Of a stretch of 64,000 bases of DNA, positions 39,939 through 50,550 are shown piece after piece (positions within the stretch are counted from its first letter, which is position 1; every line of letters begins with the position of its first letter). This stretch comes from Candidatus Cloacimonadales bacterium (GTDB lineage: Bacteria; Cloacimonadota; Cloacimonadia; Cloacimonadales; JAFGVF01), in NCBI GenBank assembly GCA_963662585.1, contig OY759729.1:2432001-2496000 (forward strand), given 5' to 3'. Below the pieces are notes generated by a model. The model had not been told where the DNA came from. It saw only the letters and a program-made list of their open reading frames with translations, and searched no databases. A program made the translations under genes and the position numbers.

Positions 39939-39958
39939 GGCTTCGGGAAACCGAAGCC
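39939..39958. other. GC-rich hairpin in the spacer between the paralogs
   Basis: ggcttcgg-gaaa-ccgaagcc. Confidence 0.6.
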
Positions 39959-39972
39959 ACTTTTAGCTTTTT

Positions 39973-42153
39973 TTATTTCATAAGCACTATTTTGTGAGTT
40001 TGAAACTTTCCCTCAACTTCAATTTTGATAAAATACATACCAGAAGAGGTTAAGTCACCAGCATTATTCTTGCCATCCCACGCGAAACTATGGTAACCAC
40101 TATTTAACAAACCATGATAAAGAGTTCTAACTCTTTGACCTTTCAAGTTAAATATAGAAAGCTCCCCTTTACCTGCTTTTGCAACAATAAAGCTAATCTG
40201 AGTCTCCGGATTAAAGGGATTAGGGTAATTCCTTAATCCAAAAGCTGATTCAGTTGTTGGCAAGATATCTTCATCATGATTAGGAACACCTATGGGGAGC
40301 ATGGGGATATCCAAGTTTAATTCTAAGACCTCCATAACTGTAACATCAGGGATAATAAGATCTTGATAATCCCAACGACTTGCCTTAACAGTATAAGTCC
40401 CTGCTCCACAATGATAGGTGTAATTACCTAAGGTGTCGCTAAATTCAGGAAGCTTATCCATTATCTCTATCTTAACACAATCTAAAGCTTGATTGGTACT
40501 CGCATCATAGACATTACCTCTTAGACCGCCTATATAGGCAGAAGCATACTCATAAGCTCCGATATCTACTACTGCTGGCATATCACTGTTACTTGAGAAT
40601 ATTCTTTTATGGTAGCCTATGTCAAAATCTGGTAAATCCTCCCGATATGCGCCAGCATCTCGGCAAGGTGAGGAAGCAGATAAAGAATAATCACCATTAA
40701 GTGTATCGGCAAAAAGTGGGTCTGAGTAGAGATGATTTTCTATGTAATAGTATTCAGGTAAATCCATGATAGGAAGAACAGAACAGTTATTAATCAAGCT
40801 AGTGATGTATCCAAAAGAGTTACCACCATAACTATAATAGACACCAATAATATTATTTGTAAAGATTGTCTGACAATCTCCAATGCAACTAAGCATTGTG
40901 GCATAATTAATAAAAGTGTTGTTATAAATAAATGGAGAAGTGTATCTGGTTGTTACTAATTGAGGACCTGGAGGAGTAGTCCCTGTATACCGAACCAAAT
41001 TGTTAAAAAACCTGATTTGCCCTCCAGTGGAAGAAGTAGATTGCCGCTCAAATTCCAGCGTACTAGAACCAGGATATGTAGTTTCAATTATATTATTATA
41101 GATGTATGAATCGTTTCCCTCTGTTGCTGTGGCAGTAACTTGAGTATTTCCAAGCAGATAGTTATCAGAAACATAATTTGTTCCATACCCTCCAGAATAT
41201 AAATTTATTGGATCTAAGTCAACCTCAGTCTTTACTAAAGTATTTTTCCTAGCAAAAACAACATCCGTTGAATCACCAGATGAACACCCCCAGCCTCTTT
41301 TACCATTATAGGCATAATTACCGTAACTGTTAATAGCAGGATAGTTCCATTCTATAGTTCTGGCTTCCTCTTCTCTTGCATTAAAGTCATCAAAAAAATT
41401 GAAGAGGTAATAGACTTTTATGTCACCCATAAAAGAAGCAAACATTGAATTACCAGTAAAATAACAACTGGCAATGATAAGCTCATAATCTTCAGCAGGA
41501 TGGTTATCTTCTGAAGTTACTATGTTTATTGCTTGAGAAGAGACGAATGGTGGAGAATAGAAATCACCAGTATCAAAGCTACATTTATATACGACTAAAT
41601 CCATCATCAGATTACCAGTTCCTAAAGCTATGTAATTATCAGTAAATGTACAATTACTAATATTGATTAATCCATTACCGAATGTAAGAGTTGCAAATGC
41701 TTGTTGATAAGCTTCATAATCACAAGTGAAGCCATTATTAATTTCGCAATATTCGAAAGTTGAGATTGGAGCATTGCTTGTAAAATAAATACCTCCCCAT
41801 CTGTAGTCACTAGCATCTTGATATTTATCAAAAATGATAGGATTCTCAGGAGTGCCAATAGCATTGATTGTTCCGTTAACAATTATCTTCTTGGCAACTG
41901 GTTCATTGTCGTTATTAAGCCCTCCCCACATAAAGTGATGTGGATCAGTAGTAACTCCTCCATAGACTAAAATTTCAGTCCCAGGCATAATAGTAAGAGT
42001 TACATTACTGTCTACATAAAGAAAAGAGTTTATGATATATGGATTATGTTGAGGATACCAAACAGTATTCTCAGTAATATGACCACCAACCTCTACTGAG
42101 AAAAGAGGTAAAAAGATTAATAACATGACTAAAAGTAATATATACTTGTTCAT
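39973..42153 (-). CDS. Secreted beta-helix protein, paralog B
   Basis: Near-identical to 37745-39919 except for one central segment. Confidence 0.8.
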   Translation of the reverse strand: MNKYILLLVMLLIFLPLFSVEVGGHITENTVWYPQHNPYIINSFLYVDSNVTLTIMPGTEILVYGGVTTDPHHFMWGGLNNDNEPVAKKIIVNGTINAIGTPENPIIFDKYQDASDYRWGGIYFTSNAPISTFEYCEINNGFTCDYEAYQQAFATLTFGNGLINISNCTFTDNYIALGTGNLMMDLVVYKCSFDTGDFYSPPFVSSQAINIVTSEDNHPAEDYELIIASCYFTGNSMFASFMGDIKVYYLFNFFDDFNAREEEARTIEWNYPAINSYGNYAYNGKRGWGCSSGDSTDVVFARKNTLVKTEVDLDPINLYSGGYGTNYVSDNYLLGNTQVTATATEGNDSYIYNNIIETTYPGSSTLEFERQSTSSTGGQIRFFNNLVRYTGTTPPGPQLVTTRYTSPFIYNNTFINYATMLSCIGDCQTIFTNNIIGVYYSYGGNSFGYITSLINNCSVLPIMDLPEYYYIENHLYSDPLFADTLNGDYSLSASSPCRDAGAYREDLPDFDIGYHKRIFSSNSDMPAVVDIGAYEYASAYIGGLRGNVYDASTNQALDCVKIEIMDKLPEFSDTLGNYTYHCGAGTYTVKASRWDYQDLIIPDVTVMEVLELNLDIPMLPIGVPNHDEDILPTTESAFGLRNYPNPFNPETQISFIVAKAGKGELSIFNLKGQRVRTLYHGLLNSGYHSFAWDGKNNAGDLTSSGMYFIKIEVEGKFQTHKIVLMK

Positions 42154-42164
42154 TCGAACTCCTT

Positions 42165-42319
42165 AAAAAAAAAAAATAATCCATTATATTGATCAGCTAA
42201 GATTATCCCCTTATATCCTGAATAAGTCAGATTATTATTTCTTCCAGATTGCCTACAATATCAGCTGTTAGAGATAGACAAAAACTAGCTAGTAGAAAGA
42301 ATATTATTTTTTTAATCAT
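42165..42319 (-). pseudogene. Truncated signal-peptide-bearing gene remnant ending in a T12 tract
   Basis: MIKKIIFFLLASFCLSLTADIV... stop at 42227; a shifted frame continues GRNNNLTYSGYKGIILADQYNGLFFFF into the T12 tract. Confidence 0.45.
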
Positions 42320-42869
42320 AATTTCTAGGATATTATCCTTATACGGGTTAATGTGGTGAATTCAGCTAGTATAACTCTAATTATAGATATCTAAAAAAAA
42401 AGAGAATTACTGATAATCTATTCTATGTATCCTCTTCTAATAAAGAGCCTAGCCTTGTTTCAAACTTCTTAACCCTGATAATCATGTTTGATTAGGTATA
42501 AATTATAAACTCAAAATTAGTAAAAGAACTAACATCTTTTATGTCAAGTTTTTTTTGACATTAATATTAGTTACACTTATTGAGCAATCTTAAAAATTAC
42601 AGTAGTGACTATTTTTTAGTTTATTTGAAGCGTCTCCACTTACCTATAGGGTCTATTTTTTAAAAATATCTAGGGTATATTTACATCTTGTTCTTTTATC
42701 TTCTCAACATCAGCTTTATCATCTTGTCAAATGTTACTTTTATTTACATCATAATGACTAAGTTTTTCCTTTAATTATTAATTCTTAGCTTTCCTAAAAA
42801 ATTTCCTTGCTATAAAATTTGCTTACTATTTTTTGGTAATTAGAAAAATATATATCTAAGGAGTTAATT

Positions 42870-43871
42870 ATGGCTTTTAATTTAAGAAACAGACATTTCC
42901 TCACATTACTTGATTTCACTCCAAAAGAAATCAATTTCTTTTTAGACCTTGCTAGAGATTTGAAGAGAGCTAAATACACTGGTACAGAACAACAAACACT
43001 TAAAGGTAAGAACATCGCTCTTATCTTTGAAAAAAGTTCAACTAGAACTCGTTGTGCTTTCGAAGTTGCAGCTTTCGATCAAGGTGCTCATGTAACTTAT
43101 TTAGGACCTTCAGGTTCTCAAATTGGACATAAAGAATCAATGGCTGATACTGCTCGCGTTTTAGGTAGAATGTATGACGGTATTGAATATAGAGGCTACG
43201 GACAAGCTGTTGTTGAAGAATTAGCTGAATATGCTGGTGTTCCTGTATGGAATGGTCTTACAACAGAATATCACCCAACTCAAATCCTTGCAGACTTACT
43301 TACTATCCAAGAACATATCACAAAACCACTTAATGAAGTTGTTTTCACTTATGTTGGAGATGGTAGAAATAATATGGGTAATTCTCTCATGATTGGTGCT
43401 GCTAAAATGGGTATGGATTTCAGAATTGTTGCTCCAAAATCTCTTTTCCCAACTGAAGAATTAGTTGCAAAATGTAATGAAATAGCTAAAGAAACAGGTG
43501 CTAAAATTACTCTTACTGAAGATATCGCTACTGGTGTGAAAGATGCTGATGCTATTTACACTGATGTTTGGGTATCAATGGGTGAAGCTGCTGAAGTCTG
43601 GGAACAAAGAATTAACCTTCTTAAACCATACCAAGTTAACAAAGCTATGATGGATATGACAGGTAAAAAAGAGACTATCTTTATGCACTGTTTACCAGCT
43701 TTCCATGACTTAAAAACCACTGTTGGTAAAGAAGTTTATGAAAAATATGGTATTGATTCTCAAGAAGTTTCTGATGAAGTTTTTGAATCTGAAAACTCTG
43801 TTGTATTCGATGAAGCAGAAAACAGAATGCACACTATTAAAGCTGTGATGGTTGCTACTTTAGGCAACTAA
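42870..43871 (+). CDS. argF: Ornithine carbamoyltransferase
   Basis: STRTR, HPTQ, DVWVSMG and FMHCLPAFH motifs; catabolic ArcB type is possible. Confidence 0.97.
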   Translation: MAFNLRNRHFLTLLDFTPKEINFFLDLARDLKRAKYTGTEQQTLKGKNIALIFEKSSTRTRCAFEVAAFDQGAHVTYLGPSGSQIGHKESMADTARVLGRMYDGIEYRGYGQAVVEELAEYAGVPVWNGLTTEYHPTQILADLLTIQEHITKPLNEVVFTYVGDGRNNMGNSLMIGAAKMGMDFRIVAPKSLFPTEELVAKCNEIAKETGAKITLTEDIATGVKDADAIYTDVWVSMGEAAEVWEQRINLLKPYQVNKAMMDMTGKKETIFMHCLPAFHDLKTTVGKEVYEKYGIDSQEVSDEVFESENSVVFDEAENRMHTIKAVMVATLGN

Positions 43872-43895
43872 TCTGATTTAATAAGAATAATATTT

Positions 43896-43929
43896 AAGGG
43901 TCATGACTTGTTCATGACCCTTTCTTTTT
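43896..43929 (+). terminator. Intrinsic terminator
   Basis: aagggtcatga-cttgt-tcatgaccctt followed by a T-rich tract. Confidence 0.8.
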
Positions 43930-44124
43930 GTCACTACTATTCTTGCTTTTATTTTGGGTCAAGGTCAAGTCTGCTGAAAATTATAAAGTACTATGAGGGA
44001 CCTTATTACTGCATTATTTGGGATTATATTCTTAACTAAACTGTTTCTTTATACATTCATCACTCCACCAGACTTGAATTTGTGCATCAATATACCAGCG
44101 AATGTTTCGTAAGGGGTAATAAGA

Positions 44125-44147
44125 AAGCCTCGCATTTAGCGAGGCTT
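44125..44147 (-). terminator. Hairpin, probable terminator of the S8 gene
   Basis: aagcctcgc-attta-gcgaggctt. Confidence 0.55.
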
Positions 44148-44169
44148 ATATATTTTTATTTAGGGAGAT

Positions 44170-44241
44170 GCCTGCAAGGATGCAAGCCTTCCCAGTTAAG
44201 ATGCCTTCAAGATGAAGGCGCTCCCAGTGGGTGCTCCCAGT
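44170..44241. repeat. Tandem REP-like hairpins with CCCAGT foot
   Basis: gcctgcaaggatgcaagccttcccagt, gccttcaagatgaaggcgctcccagt and gctcccagt; related units at 62034-62060 (inverted) and 62138-62163. Confidence 0.65.
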
Positions 44242-44244
44242 TTT

Positions 44245-47200
44245 TTATTTCATCAGAATCATTTTCTTAGTTGAAGTATATTTTCCAGATTTCATTCTGT
44301 AGAAGAATACACCTGAAGCAACGCTCTTACCATTATTGTCAGTACCATTCCAAACAACAGTGTGAGGACCAGCTACCATGTTTTCATTAAGAAGAGCTTT
44401 CACTTTTTGACCTTTGATATTGAAGATATCAATAGATACAGGACCGTTTTCTTTAGTTGAAAAAGCGATTCTAGTTTCAGGGTTGAATGGGTTAGGATAG
44501 TTTCCTATTAAGTTATTATTAACAACAACAACATCTAAATCGTCGTTTGGAGTTGAAGCTTCAAACATATTACCAGTTCTACCAGGATTTCCTCTATGCA
44601 TAATCCAAGGTGAATAAGCAGGACGCTTAAGGTCTAACAAATTCATATTAGTCACATTAGAAACAACTAAGTTTAAATTTCCGTTTCCATCAGCATCACC
44701 AATAGCTGGAGCAAATTTCAAGTTATCGTTAAGGTTTAATGGGAAGTTACTTGCTTCACTAGCATCAGCTTTGATTGCATGTAATAATCCATTAGCATCA
44801 CCAAAGACAGCACAGATTCCATCACCATCAAGGTTTGAAAGAAGCATGTTACCTTCAAGGAAAGAGTTCATGTTCAATGGGAAGTTAGGAATATTTTCAC
44901 CAGCAGTAGTCATTGCATAGAGGTAGCCATCATAAGTGGTGAACATTAATTCTTTAGAACCATTTCCATCGAAATCATAAAGTAATACATCTTGTTTGAT
45001 TATTTTATTAAGAGTGTGAGTAAAAGCAGTTGTTCCATCGTGATTGATAGCTTTAATAATACCTTGAGCAGAAACTGTAGCTATTATTTCAGGAAGTCCA
45101 TCATTATCGACATCAGCAATAATTGGGGCTGCTTCGGTGTTGGTTCCAAGTGAGTATGGGAAACCAGCGATATTTTCTTGAGTATTATAATCAATTGCTA
45201 AGAAGTTTCCTGCAATAGTCTGTAAGATAATTTCTTTAGTTCCATTTTGATCAAGGTCAGCGATAGCAGCATTGAAAACAAAGTTTCCAGGGAATTCAGC
45301 AGGATATCCTGCATGTTCGCTACCATCAGCATTAAAGATATGAAGTTTACCATTCATGGTACAAACAACAGCATCTTGAATACCATCACCGTTAACATCT
45401 GCAATCATAGGAGCTGCTCTAGTAATTTGGTTATCTAATGCGATAGGTCCAAAGAGTATAGAACCATCATTGTTGTAAGCAATTGCTTCTTTATTATTAG
45501 TAACAACAAAGAGATTAAGGTTACCATCATTATTTAAGTCACCTGCAGCAACAGGAAGAGCAATAGTAGCACCTGCATTTACAGGGAAACCAGCAAGTTG
45601 TTCTTTATTGCTATTTAAAACATTAACATTACCTGTAAGGTCGCCAAAAACAACTTCGCCAGCACCATCACCATTGATATCAAGAATCATTGGAGTAGAT
45701 TGAGCTTGTCCAGTTAATGGGAAAGGCCATTCAGGGTAAGTTAAACTTAAAGTAATAGGGAATGAAATTTCCTTAAAGTAAGGAATTTGTTGATCTTGAT
45801 TAGATTCAACGAAGATAGTAAATTCAATAGGTGAAGTTGTAATGTCTGAAGTTGTGGTAAAAGAGAATGGAGCGTCATCATTCCAAACGAAAGTACCAGC
45901 AATAATATTGCCAACAGTAGCTGTTGAATCAACAATTACAACACCCGGATAATCACATCTAAGTGTAATATTAGTATTAGTTGAATTGGCCCATGAGATA
46001 CCTGTAGATAAATCTTGGTGGTTAGTTAATTTAACTTTTAAACTAATTGTTTCACCAGGATTAGGAACGCCATCATTATCACCTTCAATTTCAGTTAACT
46101 CTTGATCAACCACAGTAATTTTAGGAACTAAATCGTATAAAACTGCTGTATAAGCATTAATTCTTCCTGCTCCTAATAAACCTTCATAACCAGCATTAAT
46201 ATCATCAATATAGTCTGCTGTAGCTTCAATTCTTTGTCTAAGAGTAGTAGGTGTTAATTCAGGGTGAACAGCTTTAACTAAAGCAGCGATACCTGCAACC
46301 ACAGGAGAGGCCATTGAAGTACCTTGAGCACTACCCCAACCGTCATTATCGATAATAGAAGAGTAGATGCCTACACCAGGAGCGCTGATGTCGATAGGCT
46401 CACCATAGTCAGAGAAATCAGCTTTAGTGTCGTTTTGAGCTGTCGCTGCAACACAGAAAGCATTAGGACAGTCAGCAGGAGCATCGATATATCCATTACC
46501 ATGAATTTGATTTGCATTACCCGCAGCAACAACAACAAAAGAGCCGTAGTTGTGAGCATAATTAATATAGGTATTAGCATAATTTAAGTTATATGCTTCG
46601 CCACCCCATGAGGCGTTAATGATGTCCGCACCCATATCAGCAGCATAAGTAATTTGTTGGTAGCCTGCAGAGATTCCGTTTGAGTCTGAGCTATTAGAAG
46701 CACCTTTACAGTTAAGAAGTCTTGCATTGAAAGCAGGACCAACAGTACCGATACCGTTATCACCTTCAGCACTTGCACAACCGGCAACATGAGTTCCGTG
46801 ATAGTTATTAACCCAGTTTTGCATAGGATTGTTATCATTACTAAAGAAATCCCAACCCATTAAGTCATCGGTTTTTCCATTATAATCATCATCTGAACCG
46901 TTACCTGTAAAAGTTCCGTTATCCCAATTAATATTAGCACCGACAGCCTCTTCAGGATTAATCCAGATGTTTTCTTTTAGGTCAGGATGGTTCCATTTAA
47001 TTCCGGAGTCAGTGATAGCAACAAGAATGTCTGAAGTATCTCTAACAAAATCCCAAACTTGATCAGTCTCTGTTTTGGTGATATACCATAATTGATTGTA
47101 TAGTTCATCATTAGGAGTATATTTTAAATAGTTTATAGTTACGAAATCAGCCCATAAAACATTTTCGTCTTTTCTGATTGTATCAAGAGCTTGTTCAATT

Positions 47201-47523
47201 CTCTTGTTATCTTTAATAGTAATTTTATAAAGACATTGGATATAAGTGCCGTTATCATTCCATTCTTTGTGTTTTAAATCTGGGTTATCTTGTTTAATTT
47301 CTGTCACTTGATAATCTTTAGCAAATTTGTTAAATGATTCCATGTGAGTTTCTACAATGCCATTTTCGTAAGTAACAGGAATAATCCCATCAATGTTACC
47401 AATTGAATCCATCTTGAAACTTACCATAATATTATTATCTTCAAAAACATCTTTGACGAATTTGTCAGCAGTTAAAGATAAAAAAGCGGCAAGAATCGTA
47501 ACTAAAATAATCACTTTCTTCAT
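44245..47523 (-). CDS. Secreted S8 subtilase with FG-GAP repeats and FlgD-Ig/T9SS-type C-terminal domain
   Basis: VAITDSG, HGTHVAG and GTSMASP triad; DxNGDG repeats; NYPNPFNPET. Confidence 0.93.
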   Translation of the reverse strand: MKKVIILVTILAAFLSLTADKFVKDVFEDNNIMVSFKMDSIGNIDGIIPVTYENGIVETHMESFNKFAKDYQVTEIKQDNPDLKHKEWNDNGTYIQCLYKITIKDNKRIEQALDTIRKDENVLWADFVTINYLKYTPNDELYNQLWYITKTETDQVWDFVRDTSDILVAITDSGIKWNHPDLKENIWINPEEAVGANINWDNGTFTGNGSDDDYNGKTDDLMGWDFFSNDNNPMQNWVNNYHGTHVAGCASAEGDNGIGTVGPAFNARLLNCKGASNSSDSNGISAGYQQITYAADMGADIINASWGGEAYNLNYANTYINYAHNYGSFVVVAAGNANQIHGNGYIDAPADCPNAFCVAATAQNDTKADFSDYGEPIDISAPGVGIYSSIIDNDGWGSAQGTSMASPVVAGIAALVKAVHPELTPTTLRQRIEATADYIDDINAGYEGLLGAGRINAYTAVLYDLVPKITVVDQELTEIEGDNDGVPNPGETISLKVKLTNHQDLSTGISWANSTNTNITLRCDYPGVVIVDSTATVGNIIAGTFVWNDDAPFSFTTTSDITTSPIEFTIFVESNQDQQIPYFKEISFPITLSLTYPEWPFPLTGQAQSTPMILDINGDGAGEVVFGDLTGNVNVLNSNKEQLAGFPVNAGATIALPVAAGDLNNDGNLNLFVVTNNKEAIAYNNDGSILFGPIALDNQITRAAPMIADVNGDGIQDAVVCTMNGKLHIFNADGSEHAGYPAEFPGNFVFNAAIADLDQNGTKEIILQTIAGNFLAIDYNTQENIAGFPYSLGTNTEAAPIIADVDNDGLPEIIATVSAQGIIKAINHDGTTAFTHTLNKIIKQDVLLYDFDGNGSKELMFTTYDGYLYAMTTAGENIPNFPLNMNSFLEGNMLLSNLDGDGICAVFGDANGLLHAIKADASEASNFPLNLNDNLKFAPAIGDADGNGNLNLVVSNVTNMNLLDLKRPAYSPWIMHRGNPGRTGNMFEASTPNDDLDVVVVNNNLIGNYPNPFNPETRIAFSTKENGPVSIDIFNIKGQKVKALLNENMVAGPHTVVWNGTDNNGKSVASGVFFYRMKSGKYTSTKKMILMK

Positions 47524-48203
47524 ATTTTCTCCTATATGTAAATTATAAACACTATAAATTTTCCATTTTATCTATTCAAAAAAAATAGCTATCTGATGTC
47601 AAGGATAAATCTTATATTCTCATATATTAAAATATGCGATTAATGAGCACTAAAGATATTAAAATATATAAAGAAGAGAATTGTTATGCTTATTTGCGAT
47701 TGTTTATTGCTCAAATGCATAGAAAAAAGAGGAGAAGTAAATTCTTCTCTAAATGCTATATTACATAACTTTATAAGTTATTCTCTTTTCACAAACTCTT
47801 GATTAGAATTCTTGAGAAATTTTGCTACTCTTTCAAGCAAAGTTGGTCTTAAAAAAAAAGTAATAAAAGTATCCTTGAAGTATGCTAGCTCCAAAGGAGC
47901 GAAATCTTTGTAGATAAAAGATGCCACACAATTACCTTATCTTCATTAATTTAGAATTCATCCAAATCCTGCCAATTTTTTATGTTATTCAAAAATTAAT
48001 AAGAGCTTTGATAGGTAACAAATTTTTATGCTTGAGCAAGGAAAATATCTTTCAAATAGACCTTGTAAGGGATAAAATATCTAAATATTTTGCTCTAGTA
48101 TTTTAACTTTATAAAGTAAAATTGCTTGAATAATCTTTTTTATTGACATAACACGGGGATAAATATGCTTTACATAATACCAGTTTGTAGGAGTTAACAT
48201 AAA

Positions 48204-48914
48204 ATGAGTATTAAAGATAATTTTAATTCCGTTAAAGGAAAAATAGAAGATATATGTATAAAAAAGGGAATTAGCCCTGATGAAGTTAAATTAGTAACAG
48301 TAACTAAAACACACTCAGTTGAGAAGATAGATGAAGCATTGAGTGCTGGCTCAAAATATATTGGTGAGAATAAAATTCAAGAATCCCAGGCAAAACTTCC
48401 ATTACTGCAAGGGAGATATGAAGAGTTTCATTTTATTGGACATCTTCAAAGTAACAAGATTAAACAGTTAATGAAATTGAATCCAACTTTGATTCATTCA
48501 ATAGATAAACTTTCTACTGCTGAGAAATTATCAGATTATTGTGTTAAAGAGAATCTACAACAAGATATTCTTATTCAAGTTAATACTACAGAAGAAGATA
48601 GTAAATCAGGTACTGGAGAGGATGAAGCAGTTGAATTAGTTGTACAAGTTGCAAAGTTACCTAATATCAAGATTAAAGGTTTAATGACTATTGGTTTATT
48701 TGATGATAATCCTGAAGTTACCAGACCATATTTCCGTAATTTAAAAAGAATTTTTGATTATATAAAATCTCTCAATATTGATAGTGTTGAAATGCAATAT
48801 CTATCCATGGGAATGACTCATGATTATGAAATTGCTATCGAAGAAGGAGCAAATATTGTTCGAATCGGTAGTGCAATTTTTGGGGCAAGAGATTATACAA
48901 AAGAGGTTAAATAA
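48204..48914 (+). CDS. yggS: PLP homeostasis protein YggS/PROSC
   Basis: VTKT, GENKIQE, HFIGHLQSNK, GLMT, LSMGMTHD and RIGSAIFG motifs. Confidence 0.96.
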   Translation: MSIKDNFNSVKGKIEDICIKKGISPDEVKLVTVTKTHSVEKIDEALSAGSKYIGENKIQESQAKLPLLQGRYEEFHFIGHLQSNKIKQLMKLNPTLIHSIDKLSTAEKLSDYCVKENLQQDILIQVNTTEEDSKSGTGEDEAVELVVQVAKLPNIKIKGLMTIGLFDDNPEVTRPYFRNLKRIFDYIKSLNIDSVEMQYLSMGMTHDYEIAIEEGANIVRIGSAIFGARDYTKEVK

Positions 48915-49537
48915 TGATTATTTTAGAAAGTTTAATGATACCAATATCAATATCTATATTGGCTTATATCTGCGGTCTTTTTTCGACTGCCAGGGTCTTA
49001 GCCAAAACATTTAAATATCTAAATATTACTAAAGTAGGTTCAGGTCATGCTGACACCAAGAATATCTATTCCAATGTGAGTAAGGCAATGGGCGTTATCG
49101 TTGGGATTATCGATATAGGCAAGATTTATTTGTTCTTATATCTAGTTAAATATCTGTTAATTAATGTCTTAAAACACCCTGAATTAGCTACTGATAATCT
49201 TCTTTTTATTTATGGATTCTTTTTAATTTTAGGACATTGCTTCCCTTTCTATAATAAGTTTAAAGGGGGAAGAGGTATTTTTACTTTCGCTGGGTATTTA
49301 GGTTTTTTTGCTCCCATAACCATGTTAATAGTTGGTACAATATCTGCTGTTATAGCCTTAGGATTCGGACAATATCGTGCTTCTAAATATTTTACTGTTG
49401 GTGCTCCTGTTATTGCCTCTTTGATAATTTCTACAATTACTCAAGTAACTCCAGGCTTAACAACCAAGATTTTTATTGCTTCTATCTTGATGGTAATAGT
49501 TAATTTTATTGTTTCTAGAAAACGGGATGAACTCTAA
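48914..49537 (+). CDS. PlsY-like glycerol-3-phosphate acyltransferase, divergent
   Basis: GSG...N, DIGK and GHCFP...FKGGRG motifs; motif 3 not found. Confidence 0.7.
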   Translation: MIILESLMIPISISILAYICGLFSTARVLAKTFKYLNITKVGSGHADTKNIYSNVSKAMGVIVGIIDIGKIYLFLYLVKYLLINVLKHPELATDNLLFIYGFFLILGHCFPFYNKFKGGRGIFTFAGYLGFFAPITMLIVGTISAVIALGFGQYRASKYFTVGAPVIASLIISTITQVTPGLTTKIFIASILMVIVNFIVSRKRDEL

Positions 49538-50550
49538 TGAATAGAAATCATAAACTAATGATAAGTATAATCTTAGTTTTTATAGTAGCTACTTTATCTG
49601 CCTATCCAAGTATTGACTATGATTGGCAATTACCTGCCCGAAATGTCTCTCCAATAGGTATTGCTTTTGGAGGTGTTAATCAAGTTTACGCAGAAGATTT
49701 TGGTGTTGCTAATGAAAATCCAGCCCTTCTAGCCTTGAGAACAGGAACTTATTTCTCTGGAACTTTTAGAAGTAATCGTATGAATGATAAGAATTTAAGT
49801 AGCGTCTTGAATCCTAGTTATTTACTTAGTGAAAAGCAGTTTACTTATTTTACTATCTCCATGCCAAAATTTGCCCTAGCCTATCAACCTATAGTTAATA
49901 AGAACGAGAAATTTGATAGTAATCAGATGGTTACCTACGAAGATTTATATCTGAATTCTTATATTTTATCTTTCGCAGCTCAAGATGAAGATTTTACAAG
50001 ACTAACTTTAGGATTTAATCTCAAGTTTATTGATGGTCGTCAGGTCTATCAAAAGCATCTAAAAGAGTATAATCAACTTGTCTTAGCAGAATTTGTTGAT
50101 GGAAGTGTAGCTGGCTATTCATCTGATATTGGAATAACTTATAGCTACAATACTATGTTGGTTGGTTTAACCCTTAAAGATCTTGTTTCCAGACTCTATT
50201 GGAGCGATAGAAATAATGATCATTTGAGGCAAAGATTTTCTCTTGGAGCAGGATACTTTAATGATAATTCTACTTTCCAGTTAGCGACTCAAGGTAGATT
50301 TAATAAAGCTGATGAACAGACCTATCATGTGGGTTATGGCTATTCCTTGAATTTCGGAAATGCTACTAGTCAGTCTTTAGGTTTAAAATTAGGAATGTTT
50401 AGTGACAGATTCGATGAAATGGATAATATTAATTACACTATGGGCTTTGGTTATACGATAAGCATGTTCAGAATTGATATTTCTGTAATCTCTGCTGGTT
50501 TCACTTTAAACGATTCTGATTATCTTTTCTCAGTTACAGTAGGTAAGTAG
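49537..50550 (+). CDS. Outer-membrane beta-barrel, PorV/PorQ/FadL-like
   Basis: Signal peptide; IAFGG...NPALLA; G.NLKFI, DIGI.Y and G.GY strands. Confidence 0.6.
   Translation: MNRNHKLMISIILVFIVATLSAYPSIDYDWQLPARNVSPIGIAFGGVNQVYAEDFGVANENPALLALRTGTYFSGTFRSNRMNDKNLSSVLNPSYLLSEKQFTYFTISMPKFALAYQPIVNKNEKFDSNQMVTYEDLYLNSYILSFAAQDEDFTRLTLGFNLKFIDGRQVYQKHLKEYNQLVLAEFVDGSVAGYSSDIGITYSYNTMLVGLTLKDLVSRLYWSDRNNDHLRQRFSLGAGYFNDNSTFQLATQGRFNKADEQTYHVGYGYSLNFGNATSQSLGLKLGMFSDRFDEMDNINYTMGFGYTISMFRIDISVISAGFTLNDSDYLFSVTVGK

Noticed and set aside
39920..39972. Integron attC site between the paralogs
   Set aside because: No matching RYYYAAC/GTTRRRY pair and no integrase; only a short GC hairpin
38497..41080. 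Diversity-generating retroelement (TR/VR) as the cause of the variable segment
   Set aside because: Differences are not adenine-specific, include synonymous changes and indels, and no reverse transcriptase is in the window
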